A stretch of 20,000 bases of DNA from Catajapyx aquilonaris (taxonomy: Eukaryota). Positions 9,867-19,657 of the stretch are shown in pieces; positions within the stretch are counted from its first letter, which is position 1, and each line of letters begins with the position of its first letter. The position numbers and the translations under genes are program-made. Below the pieces are notes generated by a model. It made no database searches, was not told the DNA's origin, and saw only the letters and a list, made by a program, of their open reading frames with translations. Location of the stretch: NCBI GenBank assembly GCA_000934665.2, contig KZ537974.1:170264-190263 (forward strand), in the 5' to 3' direction.

Positions 9867-10708
9867 ATATATGATCTGGCACACCCTGGTCTGAGTCGCA
9901 ACAGCCAGAGTGGGTGCCCCCAGGTGGAGGATGTGTGCCTGGGCAATGATGTGACCGTCCGGTGTGCTGAGCATGGAGTATGCACAGGCAGCTTTACAGA
10001 ACCTCGGTGCGAGTGCCGCCCTGGGTGGACTGGCCCCTCTTGCTCCGTCCCAACCATACCCACCACTTTCAAACCACAGAGCTACGTCAAGTATGCCCTA
10101 TCCTTCGAGCCTGACCGTTACGTCACCCTGGTTCAGCTCAGGTTCCGCACCCGAGAGGAGCATGGGGAACTCTTCCGAGTGTCTGACCAACACAACCGGG
10201 AATATGGTATTCTGGAGATTAAGGACAGCCGGCTTCACTTCCGATACAACCTGAACAGCCTGCGCACAGAGGAAAAGAGTCTGTGGCTCAGTGCCCTCAC
10301 CGTTGATGATGGGCAGTGGCATACAGCCAGAGTCAGTCGGTTTGGGTCAGTTGCCATTTTGGAACTTGACGGAGGTGAAGGAAGGAGGTACAATGAGAGC
10401 TTCAGCTTCGAGGGGCACCAATGGATGATGGTGGACAAGCAGGAAGGGGTGTATGCTGGCGGGAAGGCTGAGTACACTGGAGTTCGCACCTTTGAAGTGT
10501 ATGCAGACTACCAGAAGGGTTGCCTGGACGACATAAGGCTTGAAGGAAAGCAGCTGCCTCTGCCACCTGCTCTCAATGGGACCCAATGGGGACAAGCAAC
10601 CATGGCCAGGAACCTAGACAGAGGTTGCCCCTCAAACAACCCTTGCTCCAACGTCATTTGCCCAGAGCCGTTCGAGTGTGTCGATCTCTGGAATGAGTAC
10701 GAGTGCAC
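9867..10708 (+). CDS. CadN: N-cadherin exon: EGF-like repeat, second laminin-G domain, start of next EGF
   Basis: gcacAG|ATA TAT GAT (IYDLAHPGLSRNS...) to GAGTGCAC|GTgagt. 842 nt, phase 0-2. Motifs DDGQWH and GCLDDIR. Confidence 0.96.
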
Positions 10709-11092
10709 GTGAGTACACACACCTGTTTGTTATACTGGAGTCGCTCCGCCAAAAGTAGCACTAAATATATTAACAGCATGGGAGTTACATGCACATTTAG
10801 TTTTATGTGAGGGACATGTCACTTTTGTGTATTGGATCTCTGAGAAAAAGTAATATTGTCTCCTTTCATTTTAATTTAATGAGTGCAGAACTTGCACAGG
10901 CTGCAGTAGTACCTCAGATGAAAATTTGACCATCTTTTAAAAGGATACAAAATAATAATCAAATAATATAGTTGGAATTTTAGGTTGCAAAGTAAGCTTT
11001 AGTAAGCAAGTGACATTCCTCTCGATAATCACAAGTAGTGTCACAAACCTCTGCATGCACTGGTCTTGACTAACACCTCGGTGGCGGTGTAG

Positions 11093-11334
11093 GTGCGGCG
11101 AAGGCAAGGTGGTGACACCTGATGGGAAGGGCTGCATGGATAAGAATGAGTGCCTTGAGAACCCGTGCCTGAACGGAGGCACATGCATCAACCAAGATCC
11201 ACGCTACCGCTACCAGTGCATCTGCCCAGAGGGATTCTGGGGGGAGAACTGCGAGCTGGTGCAGGAGGGGCAGATACTCAGGCTTAGCATGGGCGCCCTG
11301 GCTGCCATTCTTGTTTGTCTACTCATCATACTCA
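11093..11334 (+). CDS. CadN: N-cadherin alternative exon (Drosophila exon-18-like, first copy): Ca-binding EGF and N-terminal part of the transmembrane helix
   Basis: ggtgtAG|G TGC GGC...CTC A|GTgagt. 242 nt, phase 2-1: CGEGKVVTPDGKGCMDKNECLENPCLNGGTCINQDPRYRYQCICPEGFWGENCELVQEGQILRLSMGALAAILVCLLIIL. Confidence 0.94.
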
Positions 11335-11557
11335 GTGAGTTTACACATGAACCAATGAAGCACCTCTTCCTTCCTGCTTTACAACCTTTTGCTCACCAAT
11401 CCCTGTCACAATATATTTTTAGTTAGATCTAACCCCTACTGGTGGTGATGGGTGCACACAACTTATTAACTAACCTGGCGGAGTGTTCCTGTTTATACGA
11501 CCATTCATTGCACACTTTGTCGCAAATTTACTGGTACCATAAACTCCCGAAATTCAG

Positions 11558-11802
11558 GTGCCCACCAGGTCGCACGAAGCAGCTTGACAAGTGCATTGAC
11601 ATCGACGAATGTGCCTGGATCATCACTCCATGTCAGAATGATGCTGTTTGCATCAACATTGATGGTTATGAGATGTACCGTTGTGATTGTCTGCCTGGAT
11701 ATTCAGGGAAGGATTGCGAAGTGGAAGTGCTGCCATCTGCAACCATCACTACCTCAGCCGAGTTCCTCCTCACCATATGCATTTGCGTTTTTGTTCTCCT
11801 GA
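11558..11802 (+). CDS. CadN: N-cadherin alternative exon (exon-18-like, second copy): Ca-binding EGF and alternative transmembrane half
   Basis: aattcAG|G TGC CCA...CTG A|GTaaat. 245 nt, same phase 2-1: CPPGRTKQLDKCIDIDECAWIITPCQNDAVCINIDGYEMYRCDCLPGYSGKDCEVEVLPSATITTSAEFLLTICICVFVLL. Cysteine pattern and hydrophobic end parallel the previous exon. Confidence 0.92.
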
Positions 11803-12688
11803 GTAAATCCATTTTTATTTTATTCCATTCCTAATGATTTCACACCTGAGGTTAGAAAGAAGGTGATGCCATGCTAAAGGACATAAGACAATGCGTCACT
11901 CAATCATTTCCCATATGTACCTTACAACTGCCGGCACATATTACATCAGTATATATTTTCTGTCATAAAATGCTTTGATTTCTTTAATATCGACTGCAAA
12001 CTTTCAGACAAAGAAACACATGCAGCTATCCTATATTGGTGCCATATGCACATGAATGCAATGATCCTCCCACACCATTCATCTGCTTGACTGTCCCAAT
12101 GTGCAGAATAAGACAGGATCAGACTTTCAACAGTTGTCATGTAACCATATTAAGCAGTTGCACACAATTTACAAGTTATTGCTGAAATATAATTGTTCAG
12201 TTCAGTATGGTCAAGAATGTTCTTAGCCTCATCCTTACCAAAATAATTATGATTGTCTATCTGGTTGTAAGGTAAGAATCACCCGGGTGTTGCATGAATG
12301 TACATTGTACTTTTGACCAACAGTTACCACCATATAGCAGACTTCTGTCATTTGATGTGGTTGCTCTTACTAAGGTACTGACAACAGCTGCTGCCAATAT
12401 TTATGTGCTTTTGCATATTTGTGGCCAATGAAAGCTGTGTAAATACAACTGCTTATTTGAATCAAGTGATTTAACTTGTGAGATAGCTTTTGTGCTGATC
12501 CTTTATCATCCTGTGCAGAGACATGTCGTGATGTTACAACTGCAAAAGTGTATGGAAAGCTTTCATGTGCAGCTTTAATTGCCAATAGCATTGGCAGTTA
12601 CACCTTTTTTGGCCTACAGGTTTTATTTTACTATTCTGCATTTTACCAATAATAATTAAAATGCATTATTCTTCTTTTCAATCCACAG

Positions 12689-12892
12689 TTTTAGTACTAG
12701 TGTTTGTTGTGTACAATCGGCGAAGGGAAGCACAGATCAAGTACCCTGGTCCAGACGACGATGTGCGTGAAAACATAATCAACTACGATGACGAGGGTGG
12801 TGGTGAAGATGATATGACTGCATTTGACATCACTCCGCTTCAAATTCCTGTTGGCGCCCCTGGACCAGATGGACCTCCTGTAAAAATGCAGT
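12689..12892 (+). CDS. CadN: N-cadherin exon: rest of TM helix and juxtamembrane p120-catenin-binding region
   Basis: atccacAG|TT TTA...CAG T|GTaagt. 204 nt, phase 1-1: LVLVFVVYNRRRE...DDVRENIINYDDEGGGEDD, the classical cadherin juxtamembrane core. Confidence 0.96.
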
Positions 12893-13462
12893 GTAAGTGG
12901 AAATATTTTGTGATGTACCAGTATTTTCAGGAAGATCTACATCTCATGGGTTTTGTTCATTAAATGTTAATTATTGCATTAATTACACCATCTTCATAAC
13001 CTTTCTGTCCTTTTCATACTTTCAGCAGCAGTATTACCTAACTTATGCTGCAGTTAATTTGAATATTGAAATTAATGGGCAGTTAATATCCAGCCACCCA
13101 TAAACTTCTATTTCATATGTTGACTACAGTTTGTAATCATTCATCCACTCATATCTCATTAATTTGGTAATTCACCCACTAGCCCTTGTATTATGCATGT
13201 GCATTAATTAGCGATAATTGGTAAGGGATATCAGCAACCCTGGTATAATGTCAATCAATGGAAGCCCAGATCTGAACCCCTCATTTATTAAATGGGCAGT
13301 GAGGAATCTGTTACAAAGCACCTTTTAGTGATTTTGCTTGTACAAATGTTCCTGTGATATCTAGCTAGATATTCAAGCCCTTTAACTTCATAATTTCCAA
13401 GTGATAAAAACAAACAATATTTACTTCCTTGTTTGAGACATTGCACTTTTTTGGCATTTTAG

Positions 13463-13657
13463 ATCCTGCGGCTGCTCCCTTGGGCCCTCCCATCGTCCCC
13501 ACCATGGTGGGAGGCGAGCCCAACGTGGGTGTGTTCATCGATGAGCACAAAAAGCGAGCAGACAACGATCCCAATGCTCCGCCATTTGACGACCTGCGAA
13601 ACTATGCCTACGAAGGTGGAGGCAGCACTGCGGGATCACTCTCCTCATTAGCCTCAG
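13463..13657 (+). CDS. CadN: N-cadherin exon: cytoplasmic domain (beta-catenin-binding region)
   Basis: ggcattttAG|AT CCT...TCA G|GTagtt. 195 nt, phase 1-1: ...[33 protein letters not shown]. Confidence 0.95.
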
Positions 13658-14020
13658 GTAGTTGCACCTTTCTCCAGAAATCTAGGCAACTATATTCCCT
13701 GTTGTTTTCTTGTCTTCATTTGGTGTACTTCAGTGCTGCTCTTGAATTTTCCACCACCAAATTTTAAAATACATATTGACAGACAAACTGTTTTTGGTAG
13801 ATTCCTATTTTTTAAAGTTTTGTTAGATAATTTCATCTCTCTGCAACTCATTATGACAGTAGCTCTTTGGATGCATGTACTATTTGCCCAAACTTTTATT
13901 CTGCTGTGACATGGAATGACCTTTATATCTTTCACATACGTATCAAGTTATTGTGAGTGTTACTGAAACATTGACACACTTGACTTTTTCTTCCCCCTTT
14001 TTTCCCCCCGCAACAATTAG

Positions 14021-14127
14021 GTACAGACGACAATGAGCAGGACTACGATTACTTGAATGGTTGGGGCCCTCGGTTCAGCAAATTGGCCGACATGTACCAT
14101 GGAGAGAGTGAAGAGGAAGATCAGTAA
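14021..14127 (+). CDS. CadN: N-cadherin last coding exon with stop codon
   Basis: Strong pyrimidine tract, AG at 14019-14020. Encodes (G)[37 protein letters not shown] with the hallmark WGPRFxKLADMY. Too short for the ORF track. Confidence 0.96.
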
Positions 14128-17100
14128 AGGAGGAGATAGATGGAGTAAAAGGAAGAAGGAAGCCAAGGCTGCTGCAGCTAGTCAGAGATTAGGCTGGAAA
14201 AGGAAGTCTTAGGGGTTTTTGGGCAGGGAGGTGCAATCCCAAAAAATTTTATCTGCCTCCCACCCATCCCATTCCATTTTCAAGCCAACTCAAAGCAACA
14301 AACCCAGTTTTTTTTGTCGCTATTATTAAGATATAAGGACTGGAGATGAGATTTATTCCAAATGGACTCCATAAAAACCCCACAACTTAAGTGGAGCTAA
14401 ATAAGAGAAAAAAAGTATTGGTGTATAGTTTCTCTGTGTGTATGTGTGCTGAAGAAGTAGATTGGGGAGGGCGACATGAAGAAGAGAAAAATAATGGAGG
14501 AAGAGAGAAAAAGTGTGGTAAACTGTTTTCTGGTTGTGAAGAGGAAAATGGGGGAAGAAGATACCAATGTTTTTTTTTGGATGTTGCTCTCTGTCTTTTT
14601 TCGTGCGATCTGATTGCCCTTTTTTATTGTGCCGTAACCAGTACTGTTTGCACTCAGGTTAAATATTTCACAGCCGTTCTCCAAACTCGACCCCTCACCC
14701 CCTCATCCAGTGACCCCCCCAAACAACCCCCCACAGGTTGCGGCAGTGATTTTCAAAGTGGTGATTCAGATCAGTGGACAGACTGACAAGAAGACTAGAG
14801 AGTGACAGAAGAGAGACACAACACAACCCACATAAGTGACTCAAATCAAAAAAAAAAGTAAGAAAGAGGAAACACAAACTTTGCAGCTAATGGTTAAACT
14901 CCCCCTCCCCAAAATACACGAGTTCAGTTGTGCGTTATCCAGGCTCAAAAGTCGTGAGTCAATCAGAGCCATTTGTTATTTTGCCATATGAGTTTAGTCA
15001 GGCGGCTCATTTTTTGTACCTTTTGGACTTTTCGTTTTTTTACATTTTTGTATTATTATTTAAGCCTTGCAACCCACAAACTTATATTCCTGACCATTGT
15101 CATCGGTTTTGCTGATCAAGTGGCAGGGATTTTTCCAGAGCATTTCTATCATGCCCAATTCCAGGTGTGTGTGTTTTTCCTCTCCCAAACCACCAAGTAC
15201 ACAAATAAGGGAAGAGAATAATAATCAAACAAGTGCCTAACAAACCCCTGGATTGACAAAGAGAGTAATAAGAAAAGCCAATATAATACCAAAGTGAAAA
15301 CCGATGACTATGGGGGGGAAAACACTATGTAATTTATTTGAGTTATTTTTGTACTTTTCATCCCCTCCCAAATGTGACAACTGCATTTGTTTTCCCCTTA
15401 TGTGGGAGAAAATACATATATCGAGGCATAAGAGACATCTCTTCTCACGTGACACTTGGGATGCTCAATTCCACAATTTTTATTGACGTAATAACTATCA
15501 CAGTTGAAGTCCCCAGTCAGAGCAGGTTTAACTACGTTAGAAAGGTAAAATATATATATAAATACATCTGCACTACTCCCCCCAAAAAATATTTATTTGT
15601 TGAAAAAGAAGTGGTTTTTGATACTGTTTGTGCGTAACTTAATCAAACATTTTTAGTGATCTGTGGGGGAGCCGGAGTAACAGTGTGTTTGGACACATGG
15701 AACTCTTTGTGTGTGGCAAGAAGTATGGGGAAAAAAATAATCATGACATAGGAAAAAAACCAGAGATTAATTTTGTTTCGTTTTTTCGGTGAATAATCTT
15801 GTCATTGTTGGCTGTCCATATTCAGTGTGAGTGTGTCCAGCGATAAAAAGAGGAAACAGCTTTTTTTGTCCTGCACGCATCATGACACCATTTTTGCCCA
15901 CCCCTCGCCACACGCACATAACATGCATTTGAGTTTTAGAGATGCCTTTCAGTTCCGTGGGAGTACATGTGAGATGTGATTCATTCTTGAGAGCAGTGTG
16001 TGTGTTATGCACCACCACCCACCCCTTTTTCCCTTTTTCTCTCCCCCTCCTGATGAACACCCAACCACAAAAACTAAAAGAAAAAAAATGTTTGTACCAT
16101 ACACCTAAGAAAACTCCTTTTATCACTGCCATATAGTGGTTCGGAGAAAGCAAGAGATGTGTGAATGTAAGCGTGACTTCGGTTTTAATTTTCTGTTGGT
16201 ATAGGCTAGTTGCTTTGGCCATTTTTTATTTTTCAAAAAAGTGAACACTCCAACAAAAAAAACACACACACCCATTTTTTTATTGCCCCTACCTGTTACC
16301 TGACCTTTGCACTACATTTCCCACATCCAACTACACCTAGATGATGACGATGGAAAAAAAGGCTGACATGTGAGTGAGTTCAACTGAAAAGAAGTCAATA
16401 TCTTGCAAAAACTGAGAGGAAAATACTCACAATCATTGCCCATTTTTTTGGTTACTTCTTTTACACACACTTTCTACGTTTATGATTATTTTCCAAAACT
16501 GAATCATTCCCACTATTCCTACTAATTGATAACGAGAAAAAAATAAAAAGTTTTGTACATTTCTACACATTCATGGTACCTAATAGTAAATAATATGAAA
16601 CCAACACATACAGGGACATGAGTTGGCATCAAGATATGGTAATAGCCAACATAACTCTTTATGTTTTTAAAACACTTTTGCCCAATTTGTAATACTATAA
16701 CACATGCAGAAAAAAAGCATCTCTCTCTTTTATTTTAATCAATCTACATTCGCTCATGTGTCCTGGCATCATGGTGTTATTTGCGGGGCTTACTTTTCAA
16801 GCAAAACGAATGCCGAAAAAAGGTGACTGAAATTTTTGTCGCCCTGCAAATGACACCAGAGTTTCTTCATGAACCAAAAAGACGATCCTGTAAAAGACTC
16901 ACAATCATGGAATCTCAAGGCATTTATGATATTATTATTTTTTATTTTTGAGTCTCCTCCCCTGGTGGCTAGCAATACAGAGATATATTTGTAGGTTCCA
17001 AAATTAATGTAATTAGTAATGATAAAAAAAAGAATGAAGAGAAATAAGTATGACACAAAGAAAAATAACATAAGTATGCAGGAGTTTAAAGTCACAGGAT

Positions 17101-17270
17101 GACAAAGGGGGACGTTGGTAGTGATAACCACCATCAGCACTTTTCGTTCCTGTGATTTTAGAGACTGTCAAAAAAATTCTCGTGCTCTGTTTTGGTGTTG
17201 TGTTTTTGCAGCTGTGATTTCTGTAGCTGTATAGCTCTATACCGAAATAAAAATTACACCAGTTCTGAAA
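14128..17270 (+). other. Probable long 3' UTR of the cadherin gene
   Basis: Non-coding, A/U-tract rich. AATAAA at 16542-16547 and 17246-17251. The true end is inferred, not observed. Confidence 0.5.
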
Positions 17271-18069
17271 GTTAACAATGGCGGTTTGTGAAGGGATGAA
17301 TGTCGTATTATGGATTTTGCACTCCTTTCCAGAAATATAGGGACAACCTCCAGATGCATGGGTGTTCAGCTGGCTAAATGCAGCTTTGAAGACTGATGAA
17401 TGGTGAACAAGGTTTGGGAAATTGCATGTTGTATGGCATCAGGCTAAAAATGTGCAGTAGGCCTACTGTACTGGTACTATTGCAGAAGTTTGATCATATG
17501 TAAGGTTGTAATATTCAACCTTGCACAGAAGCTGTATTATTGCTTCTACATTGTTAATTGTCAGATTAATTTCTGAAAGGTCTTGTTGACAATGTGGAGT
17601 CAATACAAGTGTCTGGTTGTAGGAATGATAGCTTCAAATGAAGTGGAATTGAGCTCAGGTGCATTTCACTTCATCAGAGTTCAGAGGCAATGAGAGCCAT
17701 GTTTAATTTATTGCATGCAGTCTAATTATTATGTAGTCTAATTATCCTCCTTCAGGTAATTAAATCTTAGAGCTGTGCAGATACTGCAGTTCAGGCCAAT
17801 CAGACGGTGTCAGTTTATTGGCAAAGTGGGTAAATCCCGAAGTAAATCCTCTTGAAGAGCTGACGAGTGTTCTCGAGAGCTACCGTATTGTGAAATACAG
17901 TATGACGTACCCAGTGTCCACCCCGCTTGTTTTGCAGTAATGATTTAATAATTTTGATTAGTAAAAAATGTACTCCACTTTATGAAATGGTATACGGACA
18001 CTCTTAATTCGGTTTATTATTTCTCATCACAAGCGAGCATGTTCTGTTGGCACCCCTGAGGACGCCCTC

Positions 18070-18089
18070 NNNNNNNNNNNNNNNNNNNN
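18070..18089. other. Assembly gap preceding poly-C runs
   Basis: N run followed by C-rich low-complexity sequence. Confidence 0.99.
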
Positions 18090-18246
18090 CTCCCCCTCTC
18101 CCCCCCCCGCCCCCCCCCCCTCCCCCTCCTTCCGTAAGTCGGCCATCTTTGCTCAGACGCCGGTTCGACGTACGACTCACGCGGCACGTCGTGTCGGGGA
18201 CTGTTCTTCTTCTCGTCCGCGGCGTCCATCGGAAGGAAGTGTCAAG
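18090..18246 (+). promoter_or_regulatory. CpG-rich promoter/5' UTR of SmB
   Basis: Sudden CpG-dense, GC-rich stretch ahead of the ATG. YY1/Pho-like GCCATCTT at 18142-18149. A CCAAT box (GGCCAATCAG, 17794-17803) lies upstream across the gap. Confidence 0.55.
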
Positions 18247-18249
18247 ATG
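18247..18249 (+). CDS. SmB: SmB first coding exon (ATG only)
   Basis: caagATG|GTgagt: good initiation context and a perfect donor. Splices in phase 0 to 18407 to give MTISKNNKM. Confidence 0.85.
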
Positions 18250-18406
18250 GTGAGTGGGCGTCCTCTGTCGCTTCTGAGAGGCTTCTACGGGCAGGGAAAT
18301 CCGGGCTGTGCCTCATAAAATTGATGGAAACAAAGGACAAAGAGGCGGGGCCTAGGCCATTTCCCTATTTACACGACATTTTCAAATGTTGCTTGTTCCA
18401 TTCCAG

Positions 18407-18500
18407 ACGATCAGCAAGAACAACAAGATGCTGGCCCACATCAACTACCGGGTCAGGGTCATCCTGCAGGACTCCAGGACATTCATTGGGACATTCAAAG
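18407..18500 (+). CDS. SmB: Small nuclear ribonucleoprotein B (SmB/SNRPB) exon 2; gene continues beyond the window
   Basis: ttccattccAG|ACG...TTCAAAG|GTttgt. 94 nt: [31 protein letters not shown], the SmB N-terminus and Sm1 motif. The expected continuation AFDKHMN was not seen in the window. Confidence 0.93.
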
Positions 18501-19231
18501 GTTTGTTTGTGCCCTACCTTTTGCTGCAGAGTCGCAGTTGGTCTAGGCGATTATCGGCCAGTGTGGTGTGATGAAAGCCAGTGACAGGATGCCTTACAGA
18601 GCTTACACTGGTATTAATGAATGCAGTGCAGCCGAGTGCAGCTATGTGCCTATGTCACACCCCCATACTACCCATGCACTGGCCTAAACAAGCCCAGTTC
18701 GTGCGTAGGTGATGTACCAGTGCCACACCAGGCTATGAACAAATTGACATAGTGATACTATGCATTACATGGAGGCTGGTTTGTATTGAGCCCCCATGTA
18801 ACATTCAGGCATTGAGCTTGTTGTAGTGTAACTGTCGCGATACTTGGACAAGGGCTTTGTAGTCGTTGTGAGATATAGAGCTAGAGTGGTTCCAGGAGGG
18901 ACCTGTTCCTCGTTACGAATTTTTTTAAACCAAAGAATAGGGACTTAAAAAAAAATTCTTTCCTTTTCATGCTTAGGAAGATTTTTCTGACAAAGTCACG
19001 GAAGGACAGGGGAAAATAAAATTCAATGAAAAAGTTACATGCATTTAAATAGTGCTTGGAGCCTCTCAGGCTCCACCTACGTAGTTAAGGGTTAATTATG
19101 ATTAATGAAAGTCTGTGCTTGACAAGAAAATTTTTTTTTGGATTGTGTTGCAACCCAGGTTGATTCATGACATGACTGACTTGCCAGAGCACATTCGAAA
19201 TGCCTTGACACAGATTGTTCTAAAATCCAAC

Positions 19232-19308
19232 TGTGCAGGTGGGACCCATGGTACACCAGCAACACAACAGTGTAAAATGATTGGTGCGAAATGGGTCCCA
19301 CCTGTATA
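19232..19308. repeat. Short inverted repeat/hairpin
   Basis: CAGGTGGGACCCAT (19236-19249) and ATGGGTCCCACCTG (19291-19304) form a perfect 14-bp stem, extendable with G-T pairs. Confidence 0.75.
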
Positions 19309-19392
19309 TTTAGGGACCTTGCGCCATGACAAACTAAACGAAAAGCACCTATAACAGTGTGTTCGTACCATGGTCTAATAATAATCAGGCTC

Positions 19393-19657
19393 TGCAACTC
19401 CCTCCCTTTTTGCGTGAACTTAGTTGCTCTCCACCACCCTGAATTTGGCACTGCAGTTGCTCCACAGCTCGAGGCGCTGGCAGACAACCGTGCAACTGTG
19501 CTCCAGATCCAGTTGCAGTGGAAAGGACGATTTGGGTTGGTTCGTCATCTGCCCGAACCACTTACAGAGCTGTGGAGTGACAGTGGTGTCAAATTCAGAG
19601 TGGTGGAGAGCAACTAAGTTCACAAGGGGTCTCCATAAGGCTGGGGTAGGAGTTGCA
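19393..19657. mobile_element. Fold-back MITE-like element in SmB intron 2
   Basis: 57-nt arms 19414-19470 and 19567-19623, 50/57 match with the outermost 24 perfect. Outer arms TGCAACTCC (19393-19401)/GGAGTTGCA (19649-19657). Inner hairpin TGCAACTG/CAGTTGCA (19491-19517). No clear TSD found. Confidence 0.75.

Noticed and set aside
13000..13060. Strong-looking acceptor (ttttcatactttcagcagcag) suggesting an extra cytoplasmic exon
   Set aside because: The required reading frame hits TAA within about ten codons and no nearby donor was seen.
14391..17140. Several 60-150 aa ORFs downstream of the cadherin stop
   Set aside because: Low-complexity F/K-rich translations of UTR-like sequence with no splice or domain support.
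18568..18574. Box C motif GTGATGA suggesting a C/D snoRNA
   Set aside because: No box D (CTGA) within the following ~200 nt.
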